NCBI RefSeq assembly: GCF_963921235.1
Contig: NC_086101.1
Span: 6,636,001 to 6,700,000, forward strand
DNA length: 64,000 nucleotides
Source: Mobula hypostoma
Lineage: Eukaryota
Direction of reading: 5' to 3'
Shown here piece by piece: positions 36,401-45,606 of the stretch. Made by a program: the position numbers and the translations under genes. The notes beneath the pieces were generated by a model. The model was not told where the DNA came from. It made no database searches and saw only the letters and a program-made list of their open reading frames with translations. The number at the start of each line of letters is the position of its first letter. The first letter of the stretch is position 1.

Positions 36401-39400
36401 ACCTCCTCCAATTCTTACCATCTCTGTCACGTAGCACTGGCAGCAATCCTGAGAACGCCAGCCTTGAGGTCCTGTTCTTCAGCCTTCTGCCTAGGTCCCG
36501 AAACTCACACTTCAGGACCTCATCCCTCTTCCTGCCTATGTCGTTGGTACCAACATGTATCACGACTTCTGGCTGCTTTCCCTCTCGTATCAGGATGTCA
36601 TGCACCGAGTCAGAGACATCCCGGACCCTGGTACCCAGGAGGCAACAAACCATGCGAGTGTCCTTCTCAAGTCCACAAAATCTCCTGTCTGCTCCTCTGA
36701 CTATAGAGTCTCCGATGACGACAGCTCTCCTCTTCTCCGTCCCACCCTTCTGCAGACTGAGTCCCTGGCACCGTGGCTCACACTTGGTTGGACGTCACCG
36801 CCAACAGTATCCAGGATGGTAAACTTATTATTCAGGGGAATGGCTACAGGGGTGCTCTGCACTCCCTGTCTGCTCACCTTCGCTTTCCCCCCTCTGACTG
36901 TCACCCAACGACCTGCTTCTGACAGCCTAGGTGTGACTACCTCCCTGTAGCTCTCATATTCGACTGCCTCATTCTCCCTTATCAGTAGAAGGTCATCTAG
37001 ATGCTGCTCCAGATTCCTTACACGGTCTCCCAGATCGCCCAGCCGTATACACTTCTGGCAGATGTGACTCTGCGGGAGAGGGGAGTTCCACCAAGACTGC
37101 CACATCTCACATGAGAGGCACATCACCGTCTCAGGAGGCATTGTAAAAACTAACTGCGAGCTAGCTTGTCCTCCGCCTCTTCTCGTCAAAGCCACTCGAG
37201 TCAAAGCCTCAAAGCTCCACTCCTTCACTGGCCCACTCACACACTGGCCGCTTCGCTTGAGCTATCCCTCTATTTATCTGTTTGAGCTTTTCAAAATGCT
37301 TGGTCACCTGACCTCGACTGCCCAATCAGCTGCTTTCTGCTGAGTCTGAGCTATTCAAATCTTGTTTGTCTAATCAACAGCTTTCTGCTGATCTATTCAA
37401 ATCTTGATTGACTTGATCGCACAGACTAACTGCCAAAACTGCCAGAATCTCTCGAGTCAAAGCCTCAAAGCTCCACTCCCTCACTGGCCGCATTCAGGAA
37501 AGGCCTCATAGCTCTCGTTTTTTTTCTGGACACTGGAACTAACCAGCTCCCCTCCACCACTACTGTCCTCCGCTTAGCGGAACTTGTCTTCACTCTCAAT
37601 AATTTCTCCTTGGGCTCCTCCCACTTCATTTAGACAAGAGGTGTAGCCATGGGCACTCATGTGGGTCCCAGCTATGCCTAACTGTTTGTTGGCTACATGT
37701 TCCAAGTCTATGTTCTAAACTCACACTTGTGACCATCCCCCACTTTCCCAACACTACATTGACGACTGCACTTGTGCTGCTTCCTGCACCCATGCTGAAC
37801 TCGTCAACTTCATTGACTTTGCCTCCAGCTTTCACCCTGCCCATTTCTGATACCTCCCTTCCCTTTCTTGAGCTCTCTGTCTCTATCTCTAGAGAGAGCT
37901 TATCCACAATGTCTATTACAGACCCAAGGACTCTCACAGCTACCTGCACTATACCTCATCCCACCCTGCTTCTTGTAAAACTGCCATCCCCTTCTCTCAA
38001 TTCCTCTGTCTCCTCCGCCTCTGTTCTCAGGATGAGGCTTTTCATTCTAGAATGAAAGAAATATCCTCCTTTTTCAAAGAAAGGAGCTTCCCTTCCTCCA
38101 CCATCAACACTACCCTTAACCGCATCTCTTTCATTTCACGCATGTCTGTTCTTAGCCCATCCTCTGCCACCCTACCAGCGATAGGGTTCCTCTTGTCCTC
38201 AACTACCATCCTGCCAGCCTGCGTGTTCAGCAAATAATTCTCCGAAACTTCTGCCATCTCCAATGAGATCCCACCACCAATCACATCTTTCTCTACCGTC
38301 CCACGCAACTCCCTTGTTTGTCCCTCCCCACAGATCTCCCTCCTGACACTTATCCTTGCAAGCGGAACAAGTGCTACACTTGCCTCTACACGCTGTCTCT
38401 CAATACCATCCAGGGCCCTAAACAGTCCCTCCAGCTGAGGTGACACTTGACCTGAGTCTGTTGGGGTCATATGTGTCTGGTGTTCCCGTTGTAGCCTCCT
38501 GTATTCAGCGAGACCCGATGTAGTTTGGGAGACCGCTTCACCGTGCATCTACGCTCCGTCCACCAGAACAGGATCTCCCAGTGTCTATTTCCCATTCCCA
38601 TTCTGATATGTCCTCCACTGTCGGGATAAGGCCACACTTGGGTGGGAGGAACAACACCTTTTATTCCACTTAGGGAGCCTCCAACCTGATGGCAAGAACA
38701 TTAATCTTAAACTTCCAGAAATGCCCCCAAACCACCCTTCTCCTTTTCCCATCCCCTTTTCCCTCTCTCAGTTCATCTTGCCAATCAACTTCCCAGCTTG
38801 TTACTTCATCCCTCCCCCTCCAGGTCTCACCTATCACCTGGTGGCTCTCCCTCCCTCCCCACACCCACCTTTTAAATCTACTCCTCAGCCTTTTCTCTCC
38901 AGTCCTGCTGAAACGTTGACTTTACTTTTTTCAATGGATGCTGCGTGGACTGCTGGGTTCCTCCAGCATTTTGTATTTGTTGCTTGGACAGGTACGTAGG
39001 TAGGAAACGTTTAAAGGAGTATTGGCCAATATAGGCAAATGGAACTAGAACCATTTGAGTTGGTCGGCACGAATGAATTCGGCCTTACCTGCATTTTAAA
39101 TGCCTCCAGTGTTCATTCACCTCATCCTCATCCAGCTGTTGCTCCATCCATTCCTCACATCAGTCTACTGTTAACCCCCGCCTTTCTATCCATTTTTGAG
39201 GAAAGGTGTCGGCTTGAAACATCGACTGTACATCTCCCTTAACACATGCTGCTTGACCCGCTGAGATCCTCCAGAATTTTGTGTGTATAGATCGGGGAAA
39301 ATCCGATCTCCGTGTCGAGTAAATTCAACACTCACAACACGCTGGAGGAACTCAGCAGGTCGGGCAGCATCCCTGGAAACGATCAGTTGACGTTTCGGGC

Positions 39401-40219
39401 CGGAACCCTTCGTTTGCTGCCCGACCTGCTGAGTTCCTCCAGCCTGTTGTGAGTGTTGCTCTGACCCCAGCATCTGCAGATTATTTTGTGTTTATGATGT
39501 AGAGTAAATTCTCTTGAAGATGCTGGTTGTCCATCCGCTGTAGTTTGGTAAAACCCCGGGAAAGTGTCCGGTCGGCCACCCGACTGAGCCTGAGGCCCAG
39601 CGGCCTCTCCTCCGGTCTCGGGGCCGCGCTGCCCGAGTCTCCCCCCGATCCCCGGGGACTCTCTAATTCTCTGCTTCTCCCCTCAGTCTCTGTCACCCTG
39701 GATGTGGAAACGGCGAGTCCGCGGCTCGAGGTGTCTGAGGATCGGAAGAGTGTGAGACGGACCGAGACCCGGAGGGATCTCCCTGACACCGGGAAGAGGT
39801 TCACAGACCGGCTTTGTGTGCTGGGATCGGAGGGATTCACATCGGGGAGACATTACTGGGAGGTGGAGGTGACGGGGAATCGGCGCTGGTATCTGGGAGT
39901 CGCCGCAGAGTCTGTGGAGAGGAAGGGATCGGTCAGACCGAGTCCGGAGACCGGATGCTGGACCATCGGGCGGGTTAATGTCAAGATGAAGGTTCTCACC
40001 TCCCCTGAGTCCGGTCTCCCTGCCGGTCCCATCCCCGGAAGGGTGGGAGTTTATCTCAGTTACCAGTCCGGGACAGTTTCATTTTACAACGCGGAGACCA
40101 AGTCCCATCTCCACACCTTCACTGGGAATAAATTCACGGGGAAACTTTGTCCTTTCTTCAGGACTGTTAATACAAACGAGTGGCTGAGAATCTGCTCCGG
40201 TTCCGCTCCGGGTCTGTAA
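27020..40219 (+). CDS. TRIM E3 ligase, RING-Bbox2-coiled coil-PRY/SPRY (class IV; TRIM39/NF7/A33-like). Six coding exons: 27020-27430, 27509-27604, 28021-28254, 29789-29811, 29887-30005, 39687-40219; 471 aa
   Basis: All five introns are GT-AG with compatible phases (0,0,0,2,1). Exon sizes 411/96/234/23/119/533 sum to 1416 nt with no internal stop. The 96 / ~231 / 23-nt pattern is typical of B30.2 TRIMs. Confidence 0.93.
27509..27604 (+). CDS. TRIM exon 2 (96 nt), coiled coil
   Basis: ttcccag|GGT CGG GTT...GTT CGG|gtgaga; GRVKSSLDSLTKNKSDFEEMEQQQKEKISGVR. Confidence 0.93.
27660..27970 (+). mobile_element. V-SINE/HE1-like SINE in TRIM intron 2, degraded
   Basis: B-box-like GGATCGATCC followed by TGCGTGGAGTTTGCATGTTCTCCCCGT, the conserved core of fish/shark V-SINEs. 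Boundaries approximate. Confidence 0.55.
28021..28254 (+). CDS. TRIM exon 3 (234 nt), coiled coil
   Basis: ttgacag|GAA CAG...CTC ATG|gtgagc; EQSHSLQSQITSHFTELRRVLTEKEQHTLRDLREEEERIL...QQENITFLM. Not in the supplied ORF track in this frame. Confidence 0.93.
28872..29690 (-). mobile_element. Probable non-autonomous retroposon in TRIM intron 3
   Basis: The minus-strand 3' end has ATTAAA followed by a short TTTGAAA-like tail, as in Rex/L2-type 3' ends; no coding capacity; family not identified. Confidence 0.35.
29789..29811 (+). CDS. TRIM exon 4 (23-nt microexon)
   Basis: tatttcag|GAGGAAGCTCGTCGGAAGAGAAG|gtagga; EEARRKR(R). Confidence 0.9.
29887..30005 (+). CDS. TRIM exon 5 (119 nt), linker
   Basis: tttacag|G ATC AGT GAT...AAG CGA G|gtaaaa; ISDDAQSLSVTDGALLAEKFYHPYLFDITLGEAFDVIKR. 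Confidence 0.88.
30940..31560 (-). mobile_element. Old, internally deleted CR1 fragments
   Basis: ORFs 31008-31448 and 31445-31633 contain RPHLEYSVHFW and LIRDSQHG remnants. Confidence 0.75.
31647..31869. repeat. Minisatellite, 61-bp unit, about 3.7 copies, inside a SINE
   Basis: Unit GGTCATTGTAACTTGTCCCATGGTCAGGCTCGGATTAAATCAGGGGTTTCTGGGTGGTGGG; preceded by the V-SINE core ATGTTCTCCCCGTGACTG at ~31573. Confidence 0.9.
33235..37330 (-). mobile_element. Near full-length CR1 LINE, antisense in TRIM intron 5, frameshifted
   Basis: ORF1 zinc finger CLSCEMW...ICQKC (36701-37240) and esterase (36219-36653); ORF2 APE (35851-36183, 35423-35833), RT (34043-35410), C-terminus (33296-34027); (ATAGAAC)n tail. 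The 5' end may extend to ~37497. Confidence 0.95.
37500..38990 (+). mobile_element. Old degraded Penelope-like element
   Basis: Colinear with 13868-15660 through RT, GIY-YIG and pLTR, with many indels; the hammerhead is partly deleted at ~38901-38921. Confidence 0.85.
39327..39497. mobile_element. Fold-back mini-Penelope (inverted pLTR plus pLTR end)
   Basis: 43-bp arms 39327-39369 / 39415-39457 (one mismatch); TSD TGTCGAGTAAATTC / TGTAGAGTAAATTC; absent from the paralogous site at ~42095-42105. Confidence 0.85.
39687..40219 (+). CDS. TRIM exon 6: PRY/SPRY (B30.2) domain
   Basis: Branch-point-like CTAAT plus polypyrimidine ctgcttctcccctcag|TC TCT GTC; VTLDVETA, VLGSEGFTSGRHYWEVEV, GRVGVYLSY..GTVSFYN; stop TAA at 40217-40219. 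Confidence 0.96.
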
Positions 40220-40283
40220 ACGGGTCGGGTCCGGGACCGGCGTCAGGAGTAAGTCAGTGTAAATATAAATGTGCAGAGAGTGA

Positions 40284-40289
40284 AATAAA
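40284..40289 (+). terminator. Candidate polyadenylation signal of the TRIM gene
   Basis: First AATAAA after the stop codon; deleted in the duplicate copy. Confidence 0.5.
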
Positions 40290-40539
40290 CACGACGTGAG
40301 AATTATTGATCCATTAATTTTAACTCGTTCATCGCATCCGTCAACGGAACAGAAACACCGCGGATTCAGCAGCAGCCGCGGGCGGCGGGTCCTGAGCTCC
40401 CCGGCTTCCCCGGGTGCTGAAGTCCACCGGGACTGACCGGGTAACTGGGACAAGTGGTGGTGGTGCTCACTGAAAGGGGGAGGTCAGGGTGAATCTTGGT
40501 AATGTGGGACTTGTAGTGGTGGTTATAAAGCGCCGGAGA

Positions 40540-41035
40540 CTCAGATAAAATCTATGGAGGGAAATGGACAGTTGGCGTTTTGGCTCGAGGCCCTTCATGT
40601 GGTCTGAAAGTCAGAGAGGAGATGACCGGTGCAGAATGGTCGAGAGAAGGATGGAGACAGAGCTGGCAGGTGATGGGTGGATCCAGGTAGATGAGGGAGG
40701 GGTGGAGTGTGGAAATGTGTCAGAAACTGGGAGGTGAGAGGTGTCAGTGACAAAGGGCTGAAGATTTTGGAATCTGACAGGAGGGGAAAGTGGAGCCCGG
40801 AGTAAAGGGAGGGAGGTGGGAAGGAGTGTGTGGGTGATGGGCAGGTGGAGAGGGTGGGGAGGAAGGGGAAAGAGATAGGTGATGGGGCTGGTGGATCAGG
40901 AGGAGAGAGACAATTAAACAGGAAAAGTAACAGGGAGAGAGCGACAACCAGAAGTTTGAGAATTCGATGTTGATGCCGTCTGGTTGCCGGACACCCTGAT
41001 GGAACATGAGGAGCCATTCCTCTAATTTACGAGAC
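40540..41035 (-). mobile_element. Old Penelope 3' fragment (end of GIY-YIG ORF plus pLTR)
   Basis: The minus strand encodes QPDGINIEFSNF (compare QPDGMNIDFSNF) followed by a pyrimidine-rich pLTR. Confidence 0.7.
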
Positions 41036-41080
41036 AAACAGCCGGGATCTCTACATTGAATCAGATATTCATTTTAAGCC

Positions 41081-41847
41081 CATAAGATAAAGAACCAGAA
41101 GTAGGCCATTCGGTCCATCGAGTCTGCACTGCAATTCAATCATTGGGTGATCCAATTTTTCCAGTCATCCCCATCCCCTGCCTTCTCCCCATACCCTTTG
41201 ATGCTCTGGCTAATCAAGAACCTATCAATCTCCGTCTTAAATACACTCAATGACTTGGCCTCCACAGCTACTTGTGGCAATAAATTCCACAGATTTAGCA
41301 CAGTCTGACAAAAGTAATTTCTCCAGTTATCTGTTCCAAATGGACATCCTTCATTCTTGAAGTTGTGTCGTCTCATCCTAGAATCCCCTACCATGGGAAA
41401 TAACATTGCCATATCTAATCTGTTCAGGTCCTTTAACATTCGGAATGTTTCTATGAGATCCTTTTCATTCTTCTGAACTCCAGGGAATACTGGAGTATTC
41501 AGTTTTCAATACAGGTCAAGAGCTGCCAGATGTTCCTCATACGGTAACTCTTTCATTCATGGAATCATTCTCATGAAACTTCTCTGAACCCTCTGCAATG
41601 TGAGTATATCCTTTTGTAATAAGGAACCCAATACCGCACACAGTACTCCAAGTGTGGTCTCACTAGTGCCTTATAGAGCCTCAACATCACATCCCTGCTC
41701 TTATATTCTATACCTCTCGAAATAAATGCCAACATTGCATTCGCCTTCTTCACCACCGACTCAACCGCGAGGTTAACCTTTTGGGTATTCTGCACAAAGA
41801 CTCCCAATTACCTTTGCATCTCTGCATTTTGAATTCTCTCCCCATCT
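41081..41847 (-). mobile_element. CR1 3' fragment, part of the SPRY duplication unit
   Basis: ORFs 41140-41439 and 41571-41807; same insertion junction (GATATTCATTTTAAG.CCATAAGA) as at ~42978-43001. Confidence 0.9.
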
Positions 41848-42186
41848 GAATTCTGCCTTATCTCCTCTTTAAATACCTCCAGTCCTCACCCCATTCTCAT
41901 CTGGATCGATTTGTTGCTGCACTCCTTCTTAATACCCATTTCCACTGCTGTCTCCCGTCTTTCTTTCCAACCCGGAGGTAAGGTCTCGGCTTGAAACATC
42001 GACTGTACATCTCCCTTAACACATGTTGTTTCATCCGCTGAGATCCTCCAGAATTTTGTGTGTGTTGATCAGGAAAAATCCGCTCTCCATGGCGAGGAAA
42101 ATCCCGGGAAGATGTTGGTTGTCCATCCGCTGTGTTTGGGTAAAACCTCGGGAGAGGGTCCTGTCGGCCACCCGATTGAGCCTGAG

Positions 42187-42688
42187 TCCGTGGCTCGAGG
42201 TGTCTGAGGATCGCAAGAGTGTGAGACGGACCGGGACCCGGAGGAATCTCCCTGACACCGGGAAGAGGTTCACAGTCTCGGCTTGTGTGCTGGGATCGGA
42301 GGGATTCACATCGGGGAGACATTACTGGGAGGTGGAGGTGACGGGGAATCGGCGCTGGGGTCTGGGAGTCGCCGCAGAGTCTGTGGACCGGAAGGGATCG
42401 GTCACACCGAGTCCGGAGACCGGATTCTGGATCATCGGGCGGATTAATGACGAGATGTGGGTTTACACCTCCCCTGAGTCCCGTCTCCCTGCCGGTCCCA
42501 TCCCCGGGAGGGTGGGAGTTTATCTCAGTTACCAGTCCGGGACAGTTTCATTTTACAACGCGGAGACCAAGTCCCATCTCCACACCTTCACTGGGAATAA
42601 ATTCACGGAGAAACTTTATCCTTTCTTCTGGACTGTATATACAAACGAGTGGCTGAGAATCTGCTCCAGTTCCGCTCCGGGTCTGTAA
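42187..42688 (+). pseudogene. Orphan duplicate of the PRY/SPRY exon; open frame (ORF 42023-42688) but splice acceptor and first PRY strand deleted
   Basis: Colinear with 39718-40219. The junction CCTGAG|TCCG at 42186/42187 corresponds to loss of 39595-39717 (123 bp, GAG microhomology). AATAAA also lost. Pseudogene status is inferred. Confidence 0.8.
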
Positions 42689-42994
42689 ACGGGTCGGGTC
42701 CCGAGACCGGTGACAGGAGTAATTCAGTGTAAATATAAATGTGCGGAGAGTGAAAATGTGAGAATTATCGATCCATTCATTTTAACTCGTTCACTGCATC
42801 CGTCAACGGAACATAAACACTGCGGTTTCAGCAGCAGCCGCGGGCGGCGGGTCCTGAGCTCCCCGGCTCCCCCGGGTGCTAAAGTCCACCGGGACTGACC
42901 GGGTAACTGGGACAAGTGGTGGTGGTGCTGACTGGGAGAGGGAGGTCAGGGTGAGCCGGGATCTCTACGTTGAATCAGATATTCATTTTAAGAC

Positions 42995-44770
42995 CATAAG
43001 ATATAGAAGCAGAAGTAGGCCATTCGGCCCATCAAGTCTGCTCCACCATTCAATCATGGGTTGATCCAATTCTTCCAGTCATCCCCACTCTCCTGCCTTC
43101 TCCCCATACCCTTTGATGCCCTGGCTAATGAAGAACCTATCTGCCTTAAATGCATCCAATGACTTGGCCTCCACAGCCGCTCGTGGCAAAAAATAACACA
43201 GATTTACCACTCTCTGACTAAAGTAATTTCTCCGCATCTCAGTCCTAAAAGGACGTCCTTCAATACTGAAGTCATGCCCTGTTGTCCTAGAGTCCCCTAC
43301 CAAGGGAAATAACTTTGCCAAATCCAATCTGTTCAGGCCTTTTAACATTCAGAATGTTTCTATGAGATCCCCCTCATTCTCCTGAACTCCAGGGAATACA
43401 GCCCAAGAGCTGCCAGACGTTCCTCATACGGTAACCCTTTCATTCCTGGAATCATTCTTGTGAATCTTCTCTGATTCCTCTCCAATGTCAGTATATGCTT
43501 TCTAAGATGAGAAGCTGCTCACAATACTCCAAGTGTGGTCTCACGAGTGCCTCAGAGCCTCAACATCACATCCCTGCTCTTATATTCTCTACCTCTAGAA
43601 ATGAATGTCAACATTGCATTTGCCTTCTTCACCACCGACTCAACCTGGAGGTGAACCTTCAGGGTATCCTGCACAAAGACTCCCAAGTCCCTTTGCATCT
43701 CTGCATTTTGCATTCTCTCCCCATCTAAATAATAGTCTGCCCGTTTATTTCTTCCACCAAAGTGCATGACCATACACTTTCCAACATTGTATTTCATTTG
43801 CCACTTCTTTGCCCATTCCCCTGAACGATCTGAGTCTCTTTCCTCAACACTACCTGCTGCACCACCTATCTTTGTATCATTGGCAAAGTTAGCCACAATT
43901 CCACTAATCCCATAGTTCAAATCATTGATATACATCGTAAAAAGCAGTGGTCCCAACACCAACCCCTGTGGAACTCCACTGGTAACCGGCAGCCAGCCAG
44001 AATAGGCTTTATTCTCACTCTCTGTTTTCTGCCAATGAGCCAATGCTCCACCCATGCTAGTAACTTCCCTGTAATTCCATGAGCTATCTTGCTAAGCAGC
44101 CTCATGTGCGGCATCTTGTCAAAGGCCTTCTGAAAATCCAAATGCACCACATCTACTGCATCTCCTTCGTCTACCCTGCTTGTGATTTCCTCAAATATTT
44201 GCAGTAGGTTAGTCAGGCAGGATTTTCAGGTGTAACCCGTCCTTTATATACAGGTCGTACCTCCCCCAGTGATCCAGGAACCCGAAACCCTGCCCGCTAC
44301 ACCAGTCTGTCAGCCACGCATTAACATGCCTGTTCGTGCTATTCTTGTGCGCGTTGGCACTTGGCACAGGCAGCAATCCTGTGATTACTACCCTGGAGGT
44401 CCTGCTTCTCAGTTCCCTACCCAATTCCCTGAACACTCTCTTCAGGACCTCTTCCCTTTTCCTACCAGTGTCATTGGTACCAACGTGTTCCAAGCCTTCT
44501 GGCTGGTCACCCTCTCCCTTCAGAATACTCTGCACCCGATCCGAGACATCCCGTACCCTGGCACCTGGGAGGCAACACACCATGCCAGTATCTCTATCAG
44601 GCTGACAGAACCTCCTGTCTGTTCCCTTCACTATGAAATCCCCTATGACTACCACATTCCTCATCTCCTTTTCTCCCTTCTGCACCACAGAACCAGGCTC
44701 AGTGCCAGAGACCCGATCGCTGTGGTCATCCTCTGTTGCGGTCACCCCCTCAACAGCATCCTAAACAGAC
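42995..44770 (-). mobile_element. CR1 LINE with large internal deletion (ORF1 esterase joined directly to RT)
   Basis: ORF 44209-44745 (VVIGDFIVKGTDR esterase) abuts the CLTNL RT segment at ~44225; RT/C-terminal remnants 43079-44150. Confidence 0.85.
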
Positions 44771-44775
44771 CCAGT

Positions 44776-45195
44776 TCATAGTCATAGTCATAGTCATAGT
44801 CATAGTCATGGTCATACTTTATTGATCCTGGGGGGAAAGTGGTTTTCGTTGCAGTTGCACCATAAATAATAAATAGTAATAAAACCATAAATATTTAAAT
44901 AGTAATATGTAAAATTATGCCAGGAAATAAGTCCAGGACCAGCCTATTGGCTCACTGTGTCTGACCCTCCAAGGGAGGAGTTGTAAAGTTTGATGGCCAC
45001 AGGCAGGAATTACTTCCTATGACGCTCTGTGTTGCATCTCGGTGGAATGAGTCTCTGGCTGAATGTACTCCTGTGCTCAACCAGTACATTATGTAGTGGA
45101 TGGGAAACATTGTCCAAGATGGCATGCAACTTGGACAGCATCCTCTTTTCAGACACCACCGTCAGAGAGTCCAGTTCCATCCCCACAACATCACT
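44776..45195 (-). mobile_element. Rex1/Babar-like LINE 3' end with (TATGAC)n tail
   Basis: (TCATAG)n at 44776-44816 next to a minus-strand AATAAA; upstream sequence resembles the C-terminal coding part of the element at 59160-60500. Confidence 0.6.
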
Positions 45196-45606
45196 TCACA
45201 CTCAGGAAATGCAGGAAAAACACAGCAGGTTGGTCAGGATCTGTGGAGAGAGGAACAGACTTCACGTTCCATGTCGGTGACCTCTCCTGGAATTGATTCA
45301 AACACTGCCTGGTCTGTTGTGGGTTTCAAGCAATTTCAGTTTTGTTTTAGTTCTTCCAGCATCTGATTCAAGAGAAAAATGGGATTGCAGTGTAATTTCC
45401 TCCGGAAGGTGGATGAAGAAGAAAGAATGTGCTCGGAGAGGGGAGTGGACCATTCGAGAAATCGATGCTCAGGTTGGAACTACCCGGAGAGGTACGGTGA
45501 AGGGTAGAGAGACGTGGACATGATATTTTGGAGCCGGAAGTGTGGCAACACATGCAGGCTGATCCCAGCACAATCCTCGGGCAGACTGTGTTGGTCATTG
45601 ACACAA

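Noticed and set aside
39527..39686. Upstream part of the 230-aa SPRY ORF as coding sequence
   Set aside because: It is intron 5: it contains the branch point and polypyrimidine tract, and the acceptor at 39686 gives the correct phase to exon 5.
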